A stretch of DNA of 64,000 nt from a candidate division FCPU426 bacterium. GTDB taxonomy: Bacteria > Oederibacteriota > Muellerivitia > Muellerivitales > Muellerivitaceae. The notes beneath the pieces are model-generated. The model made no database searches. It was not told the origin of the DNA and saw nothing but the letters and a program-made list of their open reading frames with translations. Shown piece after piece: positions 10,944 through 22,106 of this stretch. The DNA is taken from assembly GCA_963847625.1 (NCBI GenBank), contig CAWKAR010000060.1, positions 1 through 64,000 of the forward strand, written 5' to 3'. Both the position numbers and the translations under genes were made by a program. Position 1 is the stretch's first letter; each line of letters begins with the position of its first letter.

Positions 10944-11089
10944 TTTATCCCTGAAAACGGCGTTAGAATTGTAAATTTATCCACCGATTTTAGAAGGCGC
11001 GGCAGGGCAGCGTTATCCGCGGGATTATCGGCCACGGGAACAGCTATGCATCTTATTTTTAAGAGATTTTTTCCCTAAACGAGTCTTAA

Positions 11090-12523
11090 TTGAGGGCGAT
11101 CTTGTCGAACGTAAATCCTGAAATTTTAAAAGCCTGCGACATTCGTGGTGTTTATCCTCGCCCCTTGGGAAATTCACAAGCGAAAATAATCGGGTTGGCG
11201 GTTGGAACCCTAATCAAGGATGAATCCCACCGTAACATTAAAGTGGTAGTGGGACATGACATCCGCCACTCGAGCGAAAAGTTGAGCCAATCCTTGATAC
11301 AAGGCCTGCACAAGACTGGTTTGAAAATTGTTGACGCCGGCCTGGTTTCCACACCCCTCTTGGCTTTCGCAACAAGGTTTAGCGGCGCTTCCATAGGAGT
11401 CATGGTTACAGCTTCCCATAATCCTCCACAATACAATGGTTTCAAGTTCTTCACACAAGGGTTTCCAGCATCCATATTCTGGATCAATAAATTTTACGAA
11501 CTAATAAAAAAAGGCAATTTCCGTAAAGGCGCGGGCGTATTGGAAAAAAAGGATTTTTTTCCAGATTATCGAAACGCGTTAGTGAACGAACTTGCCATTA
11601 ATTTCAATGGTTTCCGATTAGTCCTGGATACCGGAAACGGAATGGCTGCCCTTACGGCGCCATTGGTTTTAACTGCCCTTCATTGCGATTTAAGAATCAT
11701 GAATGGAACACCCAATGGAGTTTTTCCGGGGCGAGGAGCGGACAGTTCTTCACCTCAGGCTTTGGCCGCCATCGGGACAAAGGTTAAAAGGTCAAAGGCC
11801 CATCTTGGTGTCGCCTTTGACGGTGACGCTGATCGGGTGAGTTTCGTGGATGAGAAGGGAGTGGTTGTCCCAAACGATCTTATTCTTTGTCTATTTGCCA
11901 AGTCGTTCCTGAAGGGGAACAAGGTTGATGGAGTGGTTTTTGACGTCAAATGTTCCGATATCGTCGAAAAAACCGTCTTGGAAGCGGGTGGAAAACCCCT
12001 TCTGGAACGATCCGGCCATTCCTTTATTTTCAACCGTATCCTTCATGAAAAAGCTCTCATGGGCGGGGAAGCAAGCGGTCATTTTTTCCTGCCCGGCGCC
12101 TTCCCAGGAGACGCGCTTTTCGCCTGTCTCAAACTTATGGAAATCATGAAGGAATCGAACCAAAGTTTATCCCAGCTTTCCCAACCCTATCCTGCCAGGG
12201 TTTCAAGCCATGACATAAAAGTAGAATTTCCTTCCGAGAAACTTCACCATTTATACGATTCCTTAAAATCCAGGGCGATCCAAATGGGTGGAACCGTGTC
12301 GAATGTTGACGGAGTAAGGGCGGTTTTCAGTGATGGATGGGGCATCATCCGAATGTCGGTAACGGAATCCGTCCTATCCTTCCGCTTCGAGGGCCCTTCG
12401 GCAAAACAGTTGACGTCCCTGGCCGAGATGTGGCTGCAAGACTTGCCCGAACTACAAGCGGAAGTCATATCAGGGCTGACGGCAAACCTTTCCAGTGTGA
12501 CCGCACCGAAAGGGAAAAAATGA
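11090..12523 (+). CDS. Phosphomannomutase/phosphoglucomutase
   Basis: DIRG, TASHNP phosphoserine motif, FDGDADR metal site and GGEASGH. Confidence 0.93.
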   Translation: MRAILSNVNPEILKACDIRGVYPRPLGNSQAKIIGLAVGTLIKDESHRNIKVVVGHDIRHSSEKLSQSLIQGLHKTGLKIVDAGLVSTPLLAFATRFSGASIGVMVTASHNPPQYNGFKFFTQGFPASIFWINKFYELIKKGNFRKGAGVLEKKDFFPDYRNALVNELAINFNGFRLVLDTGNGMAALTAPLVLTALHCDLRIMNGTPNGVFPGRGADSSSPQALAAIGTKVKRSKAHLGVAFDGDADRVSFVDEKGVVVPNDLILCLFAKSFLKGNKVDGVVFDVKCSDIVEKTVLEAGGKPLLERSGHSFIFNRILHEKALMGGEASGHFFLPGAFPGDALFACLKLMEIMKESNQSLSQLSQPYPARVSSHDIKVEFPSEKLHHLYDSLKSRAIQMGGTVSNVDGVRAVFSDGWGIIRMSVTESVLSFRFEGPSAKQLTSLAEMWLQDLPELQAEVISGLTANLSSVTAPKGKK

Positions 12524-12939
12524 TTTATTGCCTTTGGTGCGGCTCCATCAGGGATAAACGTCTCATGGACTTGATGGCGGATTACCAACGAAGGCTTTCA
12601 CGGATCTGGCCAGTGACTCTTGTGGAAATACACGATTCATCCAAAGACATCAAAAAGTGGGCGGATGGGAAAAAAAGCCGTGGATTATTCGTCTCATTGG
12701 ATGCGAAGGGGGAAAAAATGGATTCCCCGGGATTTGGACGTTGGGTGACACAATCCGCAAGAGATATTTATTTTTTTGCCTGGAGTGCGGACGGGCCGCC
12801 GGCAGGTTTGGATATTCCCTGGGATAAAAAACTAAGCCTGTCCCCGATGACCTATTCCCATGGATTAGCACGGGTTCTCCTGATGGAACAACTTTACCGG
12901 GCTGGGGCAGTTTTGAAGGGACATCCATATCCACATTGA
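12520..12939 (+). CDS. rlmH: 23S rRNA pseudouridine-1915 N3-methyltransferase (divergent)
   Basis: LDAKG, LSLSPMTYSHGLARVLLMEQLYRA..GHPY. ATG at 12520 overlaps the PMM stop. Confidence 0.85.
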   Translation: MIYCLWCGSIRDKRLMDLMADYQRRLSRIWPVTLVEIHDSSKDIKKWADGKKSRGLFVSLDAKGEKMDSPGFGRWVTQSARDIYFFAWSADGPPAGLDIPWDKKLSLSPMTYSHGLARVLLMEQLYRAGAVLKGHPYPH

Positions 12940-13061
12940 GGATAGGCAAAAGCGGGGTAATAATTTTAAATCCTTGAAATAAACACTGAAACTGTCATGG
13001 CGTTTAAATCGTCAAATGATAGAAAATGTCTTTTTTTAAATTTAAGTGTCGGAGGTGGCAA

Positions 13062-13853
13062 ATGCCCGAAAAAACGAGTTATCAGTACGTTTTTATCGCA
13101 TTCTTATACCTTTTGATTGTTTTTTGCTTTCCTCTTAAGTCTTTTTCTCAAACCGCTAAAAGTAATGCACCCACCGAATATATTATTGAAGATATTCATG
13201 GCACCAACGTCCAAGTGCTAGATGAGGGAACAAAAATTTGGGAACCGGCCCAGGAAGGGCAGGTCTTGGAAACTGGGGATGAAATCAAGGCGGGTGATGA
13301 AAGCGAAGCCACGTTGATGCTTCAATCAGAAACTTCCGTGCACTTGGATCCCGGATGCGACTTGAAAATTGGACAAGTGGCGCCAAACAATGAAGAGGGT
13401 TTTGTCAGCCGGCTTGAGCTAATTTTCGGGCGAATTCTCGCGGACGTGAAAAAAAACCTCCAGGACAGCCATTCCACATTCGAGGTGGATTCCAATGGGG
13501 TGGTTTGCGGTGTCCGGGGCACGGCCTTTGAGGTTGAGACGAAAGGGGACAATGTCCTGACCTCAACCCACGAAGGCAACGTGGAAGTGACTGGAAGTAA
13601 TGGCGAATTCCATACTGTCGGGGCAGGCACCGCCTCCGCATTCCATGGCGGTAAATTCAGGCTTGAGCGGCGGTTGGGCCGAAAGGAAGTGGAACGTTTT
13701 GAGAAATGGCGAGAATTCCGAAAAATAGTTTTCAAAAAACGCATGAGGCGGATTGAGGCCATTCGACATCATCTTAGGAAAACATGGAAACGCCGCCATC
13801 CCCATTCCGGGAATGTGAATAATTTGCGAAAGACTTGGCAGAATCGGAACTAA
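13062..13853 (+). CDS. Exported FecR-domain protein with basic C-terminal tail
   Basis: GGAGG RBS, signal peptide, LETGDEI, GVRGTAFEV and EGNVEV. Confidence 0.8.
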   Translation: MPEKTSYQYVFIAFLYLLIVFCFPLKSFSQTAKSNAPTEYIIEDIHGTNVQVLDEGTKIWEPAQEGQVLETGDEIKAGDESEATLMLQSETSVHLDPGCDLKIGQVAPNNEEGFVSRLELIFGRILADVKKNLQDSHSTFEVDSNGVVCGVRGTAFEVETKGDNVLTSTHEGNVEVTGSNGEFHTVGAGTASAFHGGKFRLERRLGRKEVERFEKWREFRKIVFKKRMRRIEAIRHHLRKTWKRRHPHSGNVNNLRKTWQNRN

Positions 13854-14068
13854 CGTGTCCGCCCCGACCATATCTAATGTTTCCCATCCCGGTTCGGTTT
13901 GAATTTATTCTCAATTACTTTTAAGAACCTTAAATGCGCATATCCAACAGCTAACCCACGGTTAAAACCCCATGCTTCCTCGATGGATCGCAACCCAGCG
14001 ATGAAGCTCCCATATTTTTTTTCCTTCATCCCCTAGCCGAAAAGGTTTTAAACGGTTAGTCTAGCTCC

Positions 14069-16123
14069 ATGAATGTTTCAAAAAGGCTCTCCACAATTTT
14101 CAAAAATACCCAGTTGGAAGACCGGCCCCAGCAAAACCAGATGGCAGAGGCAGTTAAAAATACCCTGAAAACCGGTGGTTTTCTAATGGTTGAAGCCGGG
14201 ACCGGTGTCGGAAAAAGCTTCGCTTATCTTCTGCCGGCCTTGGACTACGCCCTGGATGAAGGTGGACCGGTTGTCGTTTCCACCCATACCTTGACGCTTC
14301 AGGAACAGCTTTTTCAAAAAGACCTCCCAATGGTTCTAAAGGCCTTGGAAGGGGAAGGAAGAGGCCGGGTTCAGGCGGTTTTATTCAAAGGAAGGGGCAA
14401 TTACCTATCGAAAAGACGTTTAAAACTGGCGTTGGAAAACAAGTCCCAGATGGACTTCATTGTGGAATCCGATACGTTTTATAAAATCCAGGAGTGGACG
14501 GAAAGAACCCTGGAAGGGACGCTTTCCGCTGTTGATTTTCCGGTTCCGACAGAGATTTGGAACGAAGTGAAAAGCGATCCCTTCCACTGTTTGGGCTCGG
14601 CCTGTCCCACCTATGAAACCTGTTTTTATCAACAAGCCCGGCGAAAGGCTTATTCCTCGAGATTGTTACTAGTCAATCACGCCCTGTTGCTGGCCGATCT
14701 AGCCCTCAAGATGGACTCGGAACAGGGAGTTCTTCCTCCCTATGAAGCTCTTATCGTGGACGAAGCCCATCATTTACCCTCCATGGCTTCAGAGCATTTG
14801 GCGACTTCCGTATCCCTGTCGGAATGTTACGGATTGGCCCGCCGTCTTCTCCATTCCGACGATTCCGAAGGGACAAAAGGGAAGGGCTTGTTCGCCCTTA
14901 TTCCCACCCAAGGCGCGGGTGAGGCGGTATCGGTGTTTTTATCGGCCGCCGGGGATTTTTTCAAGGGTTTCAATATCGGCCTGAAGGAACCAACGGCAAA
15001 CCTGCGCGCCTACCGGCTGCCGGATTCCTACCCCTCCCCGGAACCGCTTGTACGGTCCATGAGAATGATGGAGACGTTGTTAGAAAGAGCTGCAGAATCA
15101 GCTTCCTCCGAGGAATTGAGAATGGAAGCCTTAGGAACCCGGGAAGAGTGCCGGTCCTTGGTAAAACGCCTTTCATTTATCTTAGAGAGAGGATGGGGTG
15201 AGGAAGCCTGTTATGTCGTGGAACCGGACCTCCAGGCTCTAAAAAAAGGGGAATCGAAGGCGGCGCAAATTAAGGCCATCCCTTTAGATTCCTCCGAACT
15301 GATACGGGAGCACCTGCTTTCCTCGGTGAAAGCTGGGGTTTTTACCAGTGCCACTCTTTCAGTGGGGAAGGATTTCAGCTATTTCAAGCATGCACTGGGA
15401 TTAGACGATCCGGACGAATCACCACGCGTAAATACCCTTCAGGTGGGTTCGCCCTTTGATTTCAAAAAACAGGTGACACTTCTTCTACCCCGGTCAATGC
15501 CCCACCCGCGCAGGGAGGAAGAGCGCTATCAGCAGGAAGTCGTACGTTACGTGCGGGCCTCCATCAAAAATTCGCACGGGAAAGCATTTGTGCTTTTCAC
15601 GAGTTTCAAAATGCTCCGCCAAGTGGCTGAAGCTATCCGATCCGACCTTGAGGAATGGGGCATCACCCTTTTGATCCAGGGGGAGGAAGGCTGGGACCGC
15701 ACCAAGCTTTTAAAGACTTTCCGGGACGATATCCATTCGGTGCTTTTAGGCGTGAACAGCTTTTGGGAGGGCGTTGACGTTCCCGGGGAGTCGCTTTCTA
15801 ATTTGATCATCACCAAAATACCCTTCCAAGTCCCCGAGGGGCCGTTGGTAGAAGCCCGTCATGCCCGTTTGAAGGAGCAGGGCTTGGATCCCTTCCGCGC
15901 GGAAAGCCTTCCCGAGGCCGTTCTTCGCTTAAAACAAGGCTTTGGACGGTTGATTCGGAATTCCACTGATGTGGGCACGGTTACCCTATTGGATCCACGC
16001 TTGACTACTGAATCTTGGGGAAAGATTTTTCTGGAATCCATTCCCGAATGCCGGTTGGTTTACCTGGACAAAAACGGTCTTCCTGAAAAAAAGGCTTCTT
16101 CGGGACACAAACGGTCAATTTGA
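14069..16123 (+). CDS. dinG: ATP-dependent DNA helicase, DinG/YoaA family
   Basis: Q-motif RPQQ, EAGTGVGKS, DEAH, TSATL, FWEGVD and QGFGRLIR. Confidence 0.92.
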   Translation: MNVSKRLSTIFKNTQLEDRPQQNQMAEAVKNTLKTGGFLMVEAGTGVGKSFAYLLPALDYALDEGGPVVVSTHTLTLQEQLFQKDLPMVLKALEGEGRGRVQAVLFKGRGNYLSKRRLKLALENKSQMDFIVESDTFYKIQEWTERTLEGTLSAVDFPVPTEIWNEVKSDPFHCLGSACPTYETCFYQQARRKAYSSRLLLVNHALLLADLALKMDSEQGVLPPYEALIVDEAHHLPSMASEHLATSVSLSECYGLARRLLHSDDSEGTKGKGLFALIPTQGAGEAVSVFLSAAGDFFKGFNIGLKEPTANLRAYRLPDSYPSPEPLVRSMRMMETLLERAAESASSEELRMEALGTREECRSLVKRLSFILERGWGEEACYVVEPDLQALKKGESKAAQIKAIPLDSSELIREHLLSSVKAGVFTSATLSVGKDFSYFKHALGLDDPDESPRVNTLQVGSPFDFKKQVTLLLPRSMPHPRREEERYQQEVVRYVRASIKNSHGKAFVLFTSFKMLRQVAEAIRSDLEEWGITLLIQGEEGWDRTKLLKTFRDDIHSVLLGVNSFWEGVDVPGESLSNLIITKIPFQVPEGPLVEARHARLKEQGLDPFRAESLPEAVLRLKQGFGRLIRNSTDVGTVTLLDPRLTTESWGKIFLESIPECRLVYLDKNGLPEKKASSGHKRSI

Positions 16124-16244
16124 GGTGAAAATAATTATCCGAAACCGGTGATTATCCAAGCTGAACTGTTCCTTTTCATAAAAAGAATCCGGTCTTTTAT
16201 TTAAATTCCAGGATGACCACGGTTTTTTCCTGTAAAATGAATCC

Positions 16245-17312
16245 ATGCCCCGACAAAAAACATCTCCTTCCCCCCAAGCGGTCGCGGGGCCTCTAGAAGA
16301 GGAAATCCGCGTCATGAATCCCGAGAAATCAGGAGAGGATGAGGAAGCCACCCTTCGGCCCCGGCACTTGGATGAATATGTGGGACAGACATCCCTTAAG
16401 GAGTCTCTCACCATCGCACTGAAGGCCGCCCAGAACCGGAAGGAAGCCCTCGAACATTTGCTCCTATCCGGTCCACCGGGTTTGGGAAAGACCACCCTTG
16501 CCGCTATCATCGCCAGGGAAATGGGAGTCAACATCAAGGCTACTTCCGGCCCCATCATCGAAAGAGCGGGGGACTTGGCCGCCATCCTCACCAACCTGCA
16601 ACCCCAGGACCTGCTTTTTATCGACGAGATCCACCGCCTGCCCCGCGTGGTGGAAGAGGTTCTTTACCCCGCTATGGAGGACTTTCAGCTTGATATCATG
16701 ATCGGTAAAGGGCCCACCGCACGGGCGATCCGGCTCCAGCTGCCTCCCTTCACCCTTGTTGGGGCTACCACACGAGCGGGAAAAGTAAGCGCCCCCTTAC
16801 GGGACCGTTTCGGATTGGCTTTCCGCTTGGAATTTTACCAACCCGAGGAATTGATGGAAATTGTGAAAAGGTCAGCCCAGGTCTTGAAGGTTTCCATAAC
16901 CGTTGACGGCGCCATCGAGATCGCCAAACGCTCCAGGGGAACCCCACGTCTAGCAAACCGTCTTTTGAAAAGAGTCCGGGATTTCGCCGATGTCCGGCGT
17001 AAAGGGGTGGTGGACAGGGAAGTCGCCGATTCAGCGCTGAAATTATTAGAGGTGGACCAATTGGGCCTGGACCGAATGGACCGTCGGGTTCTTTCCTGTA
17101 TCGTGGAAAAATTCGCGGGCGGTCCCGTCGGGATCGACACTCTCGCCATGGCGGTCGGAGAAGAGGCGGAAACATTGGAGGATCTGTATGAACCTTTCTT
17201 GGTCCAAATCGGCTTTTTACAAAGGACTTCCAGCGGAAGGAAAGCCACCGCGTTGGCGTACGGACATTTGGGCTTGACACCTCCTGCCGGGGCGCAAGGG
17301 AGCCTCTTATGA
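16245..17312 (+). CDS. ruvB: Holliday junction branch migration ATPase RuvB
   Basis: [36 protein letters not shown] and RGTPR. Confidence 0.98.
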   Translation: MPRQKTSPSPQAVAGPLEEEIRVMNPEKSGEDEEATLRPRHLDEYVGQTSLKESLTIALKAAQNRKEALEHLLLSGPPGLGKTTLAAIIAREMGVNIKATSGPIIERAGDLAAILTNLQPQDLLFIDEIHRLPRVVEEVLYPAMEDFQLDIMIGKGPTARAIRLQLPPFTLVGATTRAGKVSAPLRDRFGLAFRLEFYQPEELMEIVKRSAQVLKVSITVDGAIEIAKRSRGTPRLANRLLKRVRDFADVRRKGVVDREVADSALKLLEVDQLGLDRMDRRVLSCIVEKFAGGPVGIDTLAMAVGEEAETLEDLYEPFLVQIGFLQRTSSGRKATALAYGHLGLTPPAGAQGSLL

Positions 17313-18577
17313 ACAACCTCAGATCTGGGCTGAAACGTTCGGAATTGTTCCTGTACGGGATCGTCGGCTTGATGGGGGCGGTTGTCGGGCTGGTCTTCCC
17401 GCTTTTAACTAAGATCAAAGCTCCCAACCCGAACTGGGTTTACGCCATCGGTATCTTTTACGGCATATTCGCCGCCGGCCTGATCCTATGGGTGATCCAA
17501 AGGATCGTATTGAGCCCCCTTGAGGAATTTTTAAATTCCATGGAGGAAGTCGCCGCTGGAAATCTCCACGCCGCCATTCAGGGAAAATACAGCGGTGATT
17601 TCCAGGACCTGGCCCGTCATTTCAACACCATGCTTGAATCCTTGCGTACTTCCATCGCCCAACTCAAAAAAAGCTCGGGGGATACCCTGCAATTGGCCCA
17701 ACACCTCACCCGGACCGTACAACAGATGCATGGGGCCACAGAGGAAGTCTCCTCCACCATCCAGAACATTTCCCGCGGGGCCGAAGAACAGGCCCAGAAG
17801 GTTCAGGAAACGTTCAATATCATCGATAAGATGGCGGGCAACATCCAAACCTCCGCCGAATTGCTTAACAGCTCCGGTAAGGTCGTCGCCCGGTCCAAGA
17901 AAGCGTCCGAGGCGGGAAGCCTGGCCGTGCAAAAAGCCATCACGCAAATGCAGGCTATCCATGAGGTGGTCCAGAATTCCGCACGGGAGGTGACGGAATT
18001 GGGAAACCGATCCAAAGCCATAGGAAAGGTGGTGGAGGTCATCACCAGCATTGCGGACCAAACCAACCTTTTAGCTTTGAACGCGGCCATTGAGGCGGCA
18101 CGCGCCGGCGAATCCGGGCGGGGTTTCGCAGTCGTGGCGGAAGAAGTGAAAAAACTTGCCGACGGGTCGGCGGAAGCCGCCAGCCAGATCGGTCTTCGGG
18201 TTCGTGAAATCCAGAAGGAAATTTCCGCCGTTGTAACCAGCATGAGCGCGGGTGCGGAAAAAGTAACCGATGGATTGAGAGTCGTGTCGGAGGGCGGGGC
18301 CGCTCTTCAGGAAATCCAATCAGCCTCCGACGAGGTAGTCAAACATACCCAGGAGATTTCAAAATCTTTTGAAAACCAGGCTGACCAGGCTTCCAACGTG
18401 GTGGAAGCCATCACCAATATCGTGGCGGTATCCGAACAAAACGCGTCCGCAACGGAGGAAATTTCCGCCTCCACCCAGGAACTGACTGCCTCTATGGAAT
18501 CCATGGTGGCGGCGGCACGCCAACTAGAGGGTGTCGCGCAGGGATTGAAAGAGGCTTCCGCTAATTTCAAGGATTAA
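17309..18577 (+). CDS. Methyl-accepting chemotaxis protein with very short sensing region
   Basis: Two TMs, HAMP and [33 protein letters not shown]. Confidence 0.95.
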   Translation: MNNLRSGLKRSELFLYGIVGLMGAVVGLVFPLLTKIKAPNPNWVYAIGIFYGIFAAGLILWVIQRIVLSPLEEFLNSMEEVAAGNLHAAIQGKYSGDFQDLARHFNTMLESLRTSIAQLKKSSGDTLQLAQHLTRTVQQMHGATEEVSSTIQNISRGAEEQAQKVQETFNIIDKMAGNIQTSAELLNSSGKVVARSKKASEAGSLAVQKAITQMQAIHEVVQNSAREVTELGNRSKAIGKVVEVITSIADQTNLLALNAAIEAARAGESGRGFAVVAEEVKKLADGSAEAASQIGLRVREIQKEISAVVTSMSAGAEKVTDGLRVVSEGGAALQEIQSASDEVVKHTQEISKSFENQADQASNVVEAITNIVAVSEQNASATEEISASTQELTASMESMVAAARQLEGVAQGLKEASANFKD

Positions 18578-18820
18578 CCTAACCTTTTGATCGCTGGACG
18601 GCCTTGAACGATTCAGCCTAGCCCTCCCACGAACTCCAAAAAATGTTGATTTCAATATGATTTCAATCTTGAAAAATGAAAATTTTTTCTTAATTTATTT
18701 AACCCAAGAAGAGGGGTAAGGACGGACAAACTCTAAAAAAGATGCTTGAAAAATTGAATAAAATGGTTATAAATCTTTCTCGCTCAGTGTTGAAACTAGA
18801 GATGTGGCAAGGCTATCGGA

Positions 18821-19765
18821 ATGATTGAAGTCAAAGACCTGGTAAAAATGTATGGCACCTTGGCGGCGGTGGACCACGTGTCCTTTTCCGTCCCTAAGGG
18901 AACAATTTTAGGACTCTTGGGGCCCAACGGCGCCGGGAAAACGACCACCATGAGGGTTCTTACCACCTCGCTCCCCCTGAATTCCGGAAAAGTCACCGTC
19001 GGCGGTCATGATGTCGTGGAAGACCCCCAAGAAGTGCGTAAGCGCATCGGCTATCTTCCCGAGATCCCGCCTCTTTACGGAGATATGACGGTCATTTCCT
19101 ATTTAAAATTTGTTTCTTCCATCAAAGAAATTCCCATGAAAAAGAGGGCAGACCGGATCGGCGAAATCATGGAAATGCTGGCCTTAACCGATGTGGGCCG
19201 ACGCATGATCGGCCATTTATCCCTGGGTTACCGTCAAAGGGTTGGACTGGCCCAGGCTTTGATTCATGACCCGGATGTCTTGATTTTGGATGAACCCACC
19301 CGCGGATTGGATCCCAAACAAATCCAGGAAATTCGCAAGCTGATCAAGTCCCTGAGCGGTCAAAAGACCATCATTCTTTCAACCCACATCCTGCCGGAGG
19401 TCTCTACCACCTGCGACGATGTCGTAATCATCGACCAAGGGCGGGTGGTTGCGGCCGATTCGGTAGAAAACCTTTCACAACGGATGGCCGGCGGGAACCT
19501 GCTGGAAGTGGAAATCAAAGGGCCATCCTTGGATGTGGAAAAAGCGTTCGGGAAACTTTCAGGTGTTACAGCCGTCAAGCCGCTCGGCAAAGAAGCCCAC
19601 GGAGTCTGCAAATTCCAGGTCACCACAGACGGATCCAACGATGTGCGCGAGGCTCTTTTCCATTCCGTGGTCCGGAATAAATGGGTTCTTTACCAACTCA
19701 ACCCGGTCGGCATGAGCCTGGAAGACGTATTTTTGAAACTCACGACGAAGGAAAGCGCGGCATGA
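18821..19765 (+). CDS. ABC transporter ATP-binding protein (GldA-like)
   Basis: GPNGAGKTT, LSLGYRQR and LDEPT. Confidence 0.93.
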   Translation: MIEVKDLVKMYGTLAAVDHVSFSVPKGTILGLLGPNGAGKTTTMRVLTTSLPLNSGKVTVGGHDVVEDPQEVRKRIGYLPEIPPLYGDMTVISYLKFVSSIKEIPMKKRADRIGEIMEMLALTDVGRRMIGHLSLGYRQRVGLAQALIHDPDVLILDEPTRGLDPKQIQEIRKLIKSLSGQKTIILSTHILPEVSTTCDDVVIIDQGRVVAADSVENLSQRMAGGNLLEVEIKGPSLDVEKAFGKLSGVTAVKPLGKEAHGVCKFQVTTDGSNDVREALFHSVVRNKWVLYQLNPVGMSLEDVFLKLTTKESAA

Positions 19766-20475
19766 ACCTTGAAAAAATAACGGCGATCATCCGTAAGGAT
19801 TTGGCCTATTATTTCGTTTCGCCCATTGGTTACATCGTCCTCGCAATGTACTACTTGGTGACCGGTTTTTTCTTCTGGCTCATTGCGGCGGGAGGCAAGA
19901 GCGCCAACATGGCCCCGGTTTTCCAGAACACCACGGTGATTTTCCTTTTTCTCACCCCCATCGTCACCATGCGGCTTTGGTCCGAGGAGGAGAAAACCGG
20001 GACCGCCGAGCTTTTGCGCACATCCCCGCTCACGCTTTGGGAAATCGTCCTTGGAAAATACCTCGCAGCTTGTTGTTTTTTCCTGGTAATGCTGGCCGTG
20101 AATCTGGTCTATCTATTGATTATGGTTGTTAACGGCAACCCCGATCCAGGACCCACTTTTGCCAATTTCTTCGGGTATACCCTGGCCGGAATGGCCTTTT
20201 TTTCCCTAGGTCTTCTCGCCTCGACTTTGACTGAAAACCAAATCGTTTCCGCGGTCATCACATTCGGAACGCTTTTGATGCTGTACGTGATCGGAGCCGC
20301 CAGCAGCAACGTCCCGGACACTCTCGGGGACTTTTTAAAATATGTCTCCATCTTTGAACACTTGAATGATTTCTTCATCGGAGTCATCGACTTAACCCAT
20401 GTCTTTTATTTCCTGAGCGTCATCTTCCTGGGCCTTTTCTTCTCGGTCAAGGTCATGGAAAGCAAGAGGAGTTGA
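19762..20475 (+). CDS. ABC-2 permease (GldF-like)
   Basis: YFVSPIGY, TMRLWSEE..GTAELL, S.LTENQIVS and six TMs. Confidence 0.9.
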   Translation: MNLEKITAIIRKDLAYYFVSPIGYIVLAMYYLVTGFFFWLIAAGGKSANMAPVFQNTTVIFLFLTPIVTMRLWSEEEKTGTAELLRTSPLTLWEIVLGKYLAACCFFLVMLAVNLVYLLIMVVNGNPDPGPTFANFFGYTLAGMAFFSLGLLASTLTENQIVSAVITFGTLLMLYVIGAASSNVPDTLGDFLKYVSIFEHLNDFFIGVIDLTHVFYFLSVIFLGLFFSVKVMESKRS

Positions 20476-22106
20476 AATTGGACTTTAATAGTTTTCTGGC
20501 CCAGTTGAGGGCCTACAACCAATACGTTCTGGCTGGCGGCCTGGGGTTTATTTTGGTCGGGATCTTTGCCATGCTCATCATGAACACGACGAATTGGTGG
20601 AATCTCCTGATTTTGGCGGTCGGGGTGGTCGTGTTGGTATTTTTCCTCGCGGCCAATTTGGCCGAGGTCAAGGAAGTGGGCAAGAAGCACTCCACGCTGG
20701 TGAGGGCCAACCTGGCTCTGGTGGCGGTGGCCATGTTGGGACTAACGGGCGCTGTCAACTATATCATTTCCCGGCATCCAGTCCGGATTGACCTCACTTC
20801 CAACAAGCTCTACACCCTCTCGGAGCAAACCCAGGACATCCTTCATAAAATCGGCCAGGACGTCAACGTCACTTTCTTTTCCTCCTCCAAGCGCTCCTCA
20901 AATGAGATCCTAAAAGCCCAACAGCTCTTGGAGGAATACGGAAAATTAACCTCCAAGTTTCATTTTAAGGTCATCGATATCGACAAGAGCCCGACCGAGG
21001 CCAAACGCCTGGGTATCCACGAATATAACACCGTGGTGTTCGAAAGCGGCGACAACCGTAAAGACGTCCTCCAAAGAGACTACGTGACCTACGCCCTCCA
21101 AGGCCGTCAGCCCATCCCCAAGTTCCAGGGCGAGGGCGCCTTCACGGCCGCCCTTATCAAGATGAACAACACTACCCGCCTCACTTTTTATTTTACCGAA
21201 GGCCATGGGGAAAGGGAAATGAACAGCCCCGAACCGGATGGTCTCAACACATTCAAGGACATGCTGGATAAGGAAAACTACAATGTCAAATCCCTGAACC
21301 TGATGACTGCGAAGGGAATAATGCCGACCGATGCCGCAGTTTTGGCCATCGTCGGGCCCACCAAACCCTTCCAGCCTTCCGAAGTCTTACTACTCGAGGA
21401 TTACCTGAAGAACGGAGGAAAGGTTGTTGTTTGCTTAGATCCGATCATGAAGACCGGAATATTGGCGAAGTCCGGTTTGGAGCCGCTTTTGAAACAGTAC
21501 GGGGTGAAACTCGGCAACGACATCGTATACGACACAACGAGCTTTGCCTTTCCTGATGTCCGACAGGTCATTCCCCAATACGGCCCCTCGCCCATCGTCG
21601 AGAAACTTTCCAGTGGACATATCGCAACCATCATGCCGTTTAGCCGGAGCGTGCAGAAGGTCGATCCCGAGTTGAAAAACGTCAACCAGTCCGTGTTCAT
21701 GCAATCCAGCGATAGTGGATGGGGGGAAACCAACTTCAAGCAAAAACCGCCGAAATACGACGCGGGGGTGGACACCAAGGCACCCGTGCCCATGGCCATG
21801 ACTTGCGAGGTGTCCCCGACGGACAATACGTCAAAGAAAACACGCCTGGTCGTGTACGGAAACTCCAATTTCTTCACCAACCAGTTCCTGCAGGGCCCTG
21901 GTAACCTCGACGTCGGATTGAACAGCTTCAGTTGGGCGGCGGAAGAGGAGGACAAGGTCACCATCCACCCGAAGGAGGATACCCTCCGCGTGATGAACCT
22001 CTCCAACGTGGCGGCCCAGTTCATCAAGTACCTAACCGTCATCATCATGCCCATCGGTGTTTTGGTGGCCGGCGGGATCATCTGGTACCGTCGCCGCTCC
22101 CTATGA
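20472..22106 (+). CDS. GldG-family ABC auxiliary component
   Basis: DLTSNKLYTLSEQT, YFTEGHGE and a C-terminal TM followed by WYRRR. Confidence 0.9.
   Translation: MKLDFNSFLAQLRAYNQYVLAGGLGFILVGIFAMLIMNTTNWWNLLILAVGVVVLVFFLAANLAEVKEVGKKHSTLVRANLALVAVAMLGLTGAVNYIISRHPVRIDLTSNKLYTLSEQTQDILHKIGQDVNVTFFSSSKRSSNEILKAQQLLEEYGKLTSKFHFKVIDIDKSPTEAKRLGIHEYNTVVFESGDNRKDVLQRDYVTYALQGRQPIPKFQGEGAFTAALIKMNNTTRLTFYFTEGHGEREMNSPEPDGLNTFKDMLDKENYNVKSLNLMTAKGIMPTDAAVLAIVGPTKPFQPSEVLLLEDYLKNGGKVVVCLDPIMKTGILAKSGLEPLLKQYGVKLGNDIVYDTTSFAFPDVRQVIPQYGPSPIVEKLSSGHIATIMPFSRSVQKVDPELKNVNQSVFMQSSDSGWGETNFKQKPPKYDAGVDTKAPVPMAMTCEVSPTDNTSKKTRLVVYGNSNFFTNQFLQGPGNLDVGLNSFSWAAEEEDKVTIHPKEDTLRVMNLSNVAAQFIKYLTVIIMPIGVLVAGGIIWYRRRSL

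Noticed and set aside
10945..11020. DnaA-box-like TTATCC words
   Set aside because: No full TTATCCACA match, and no dnaA/dnaN context.
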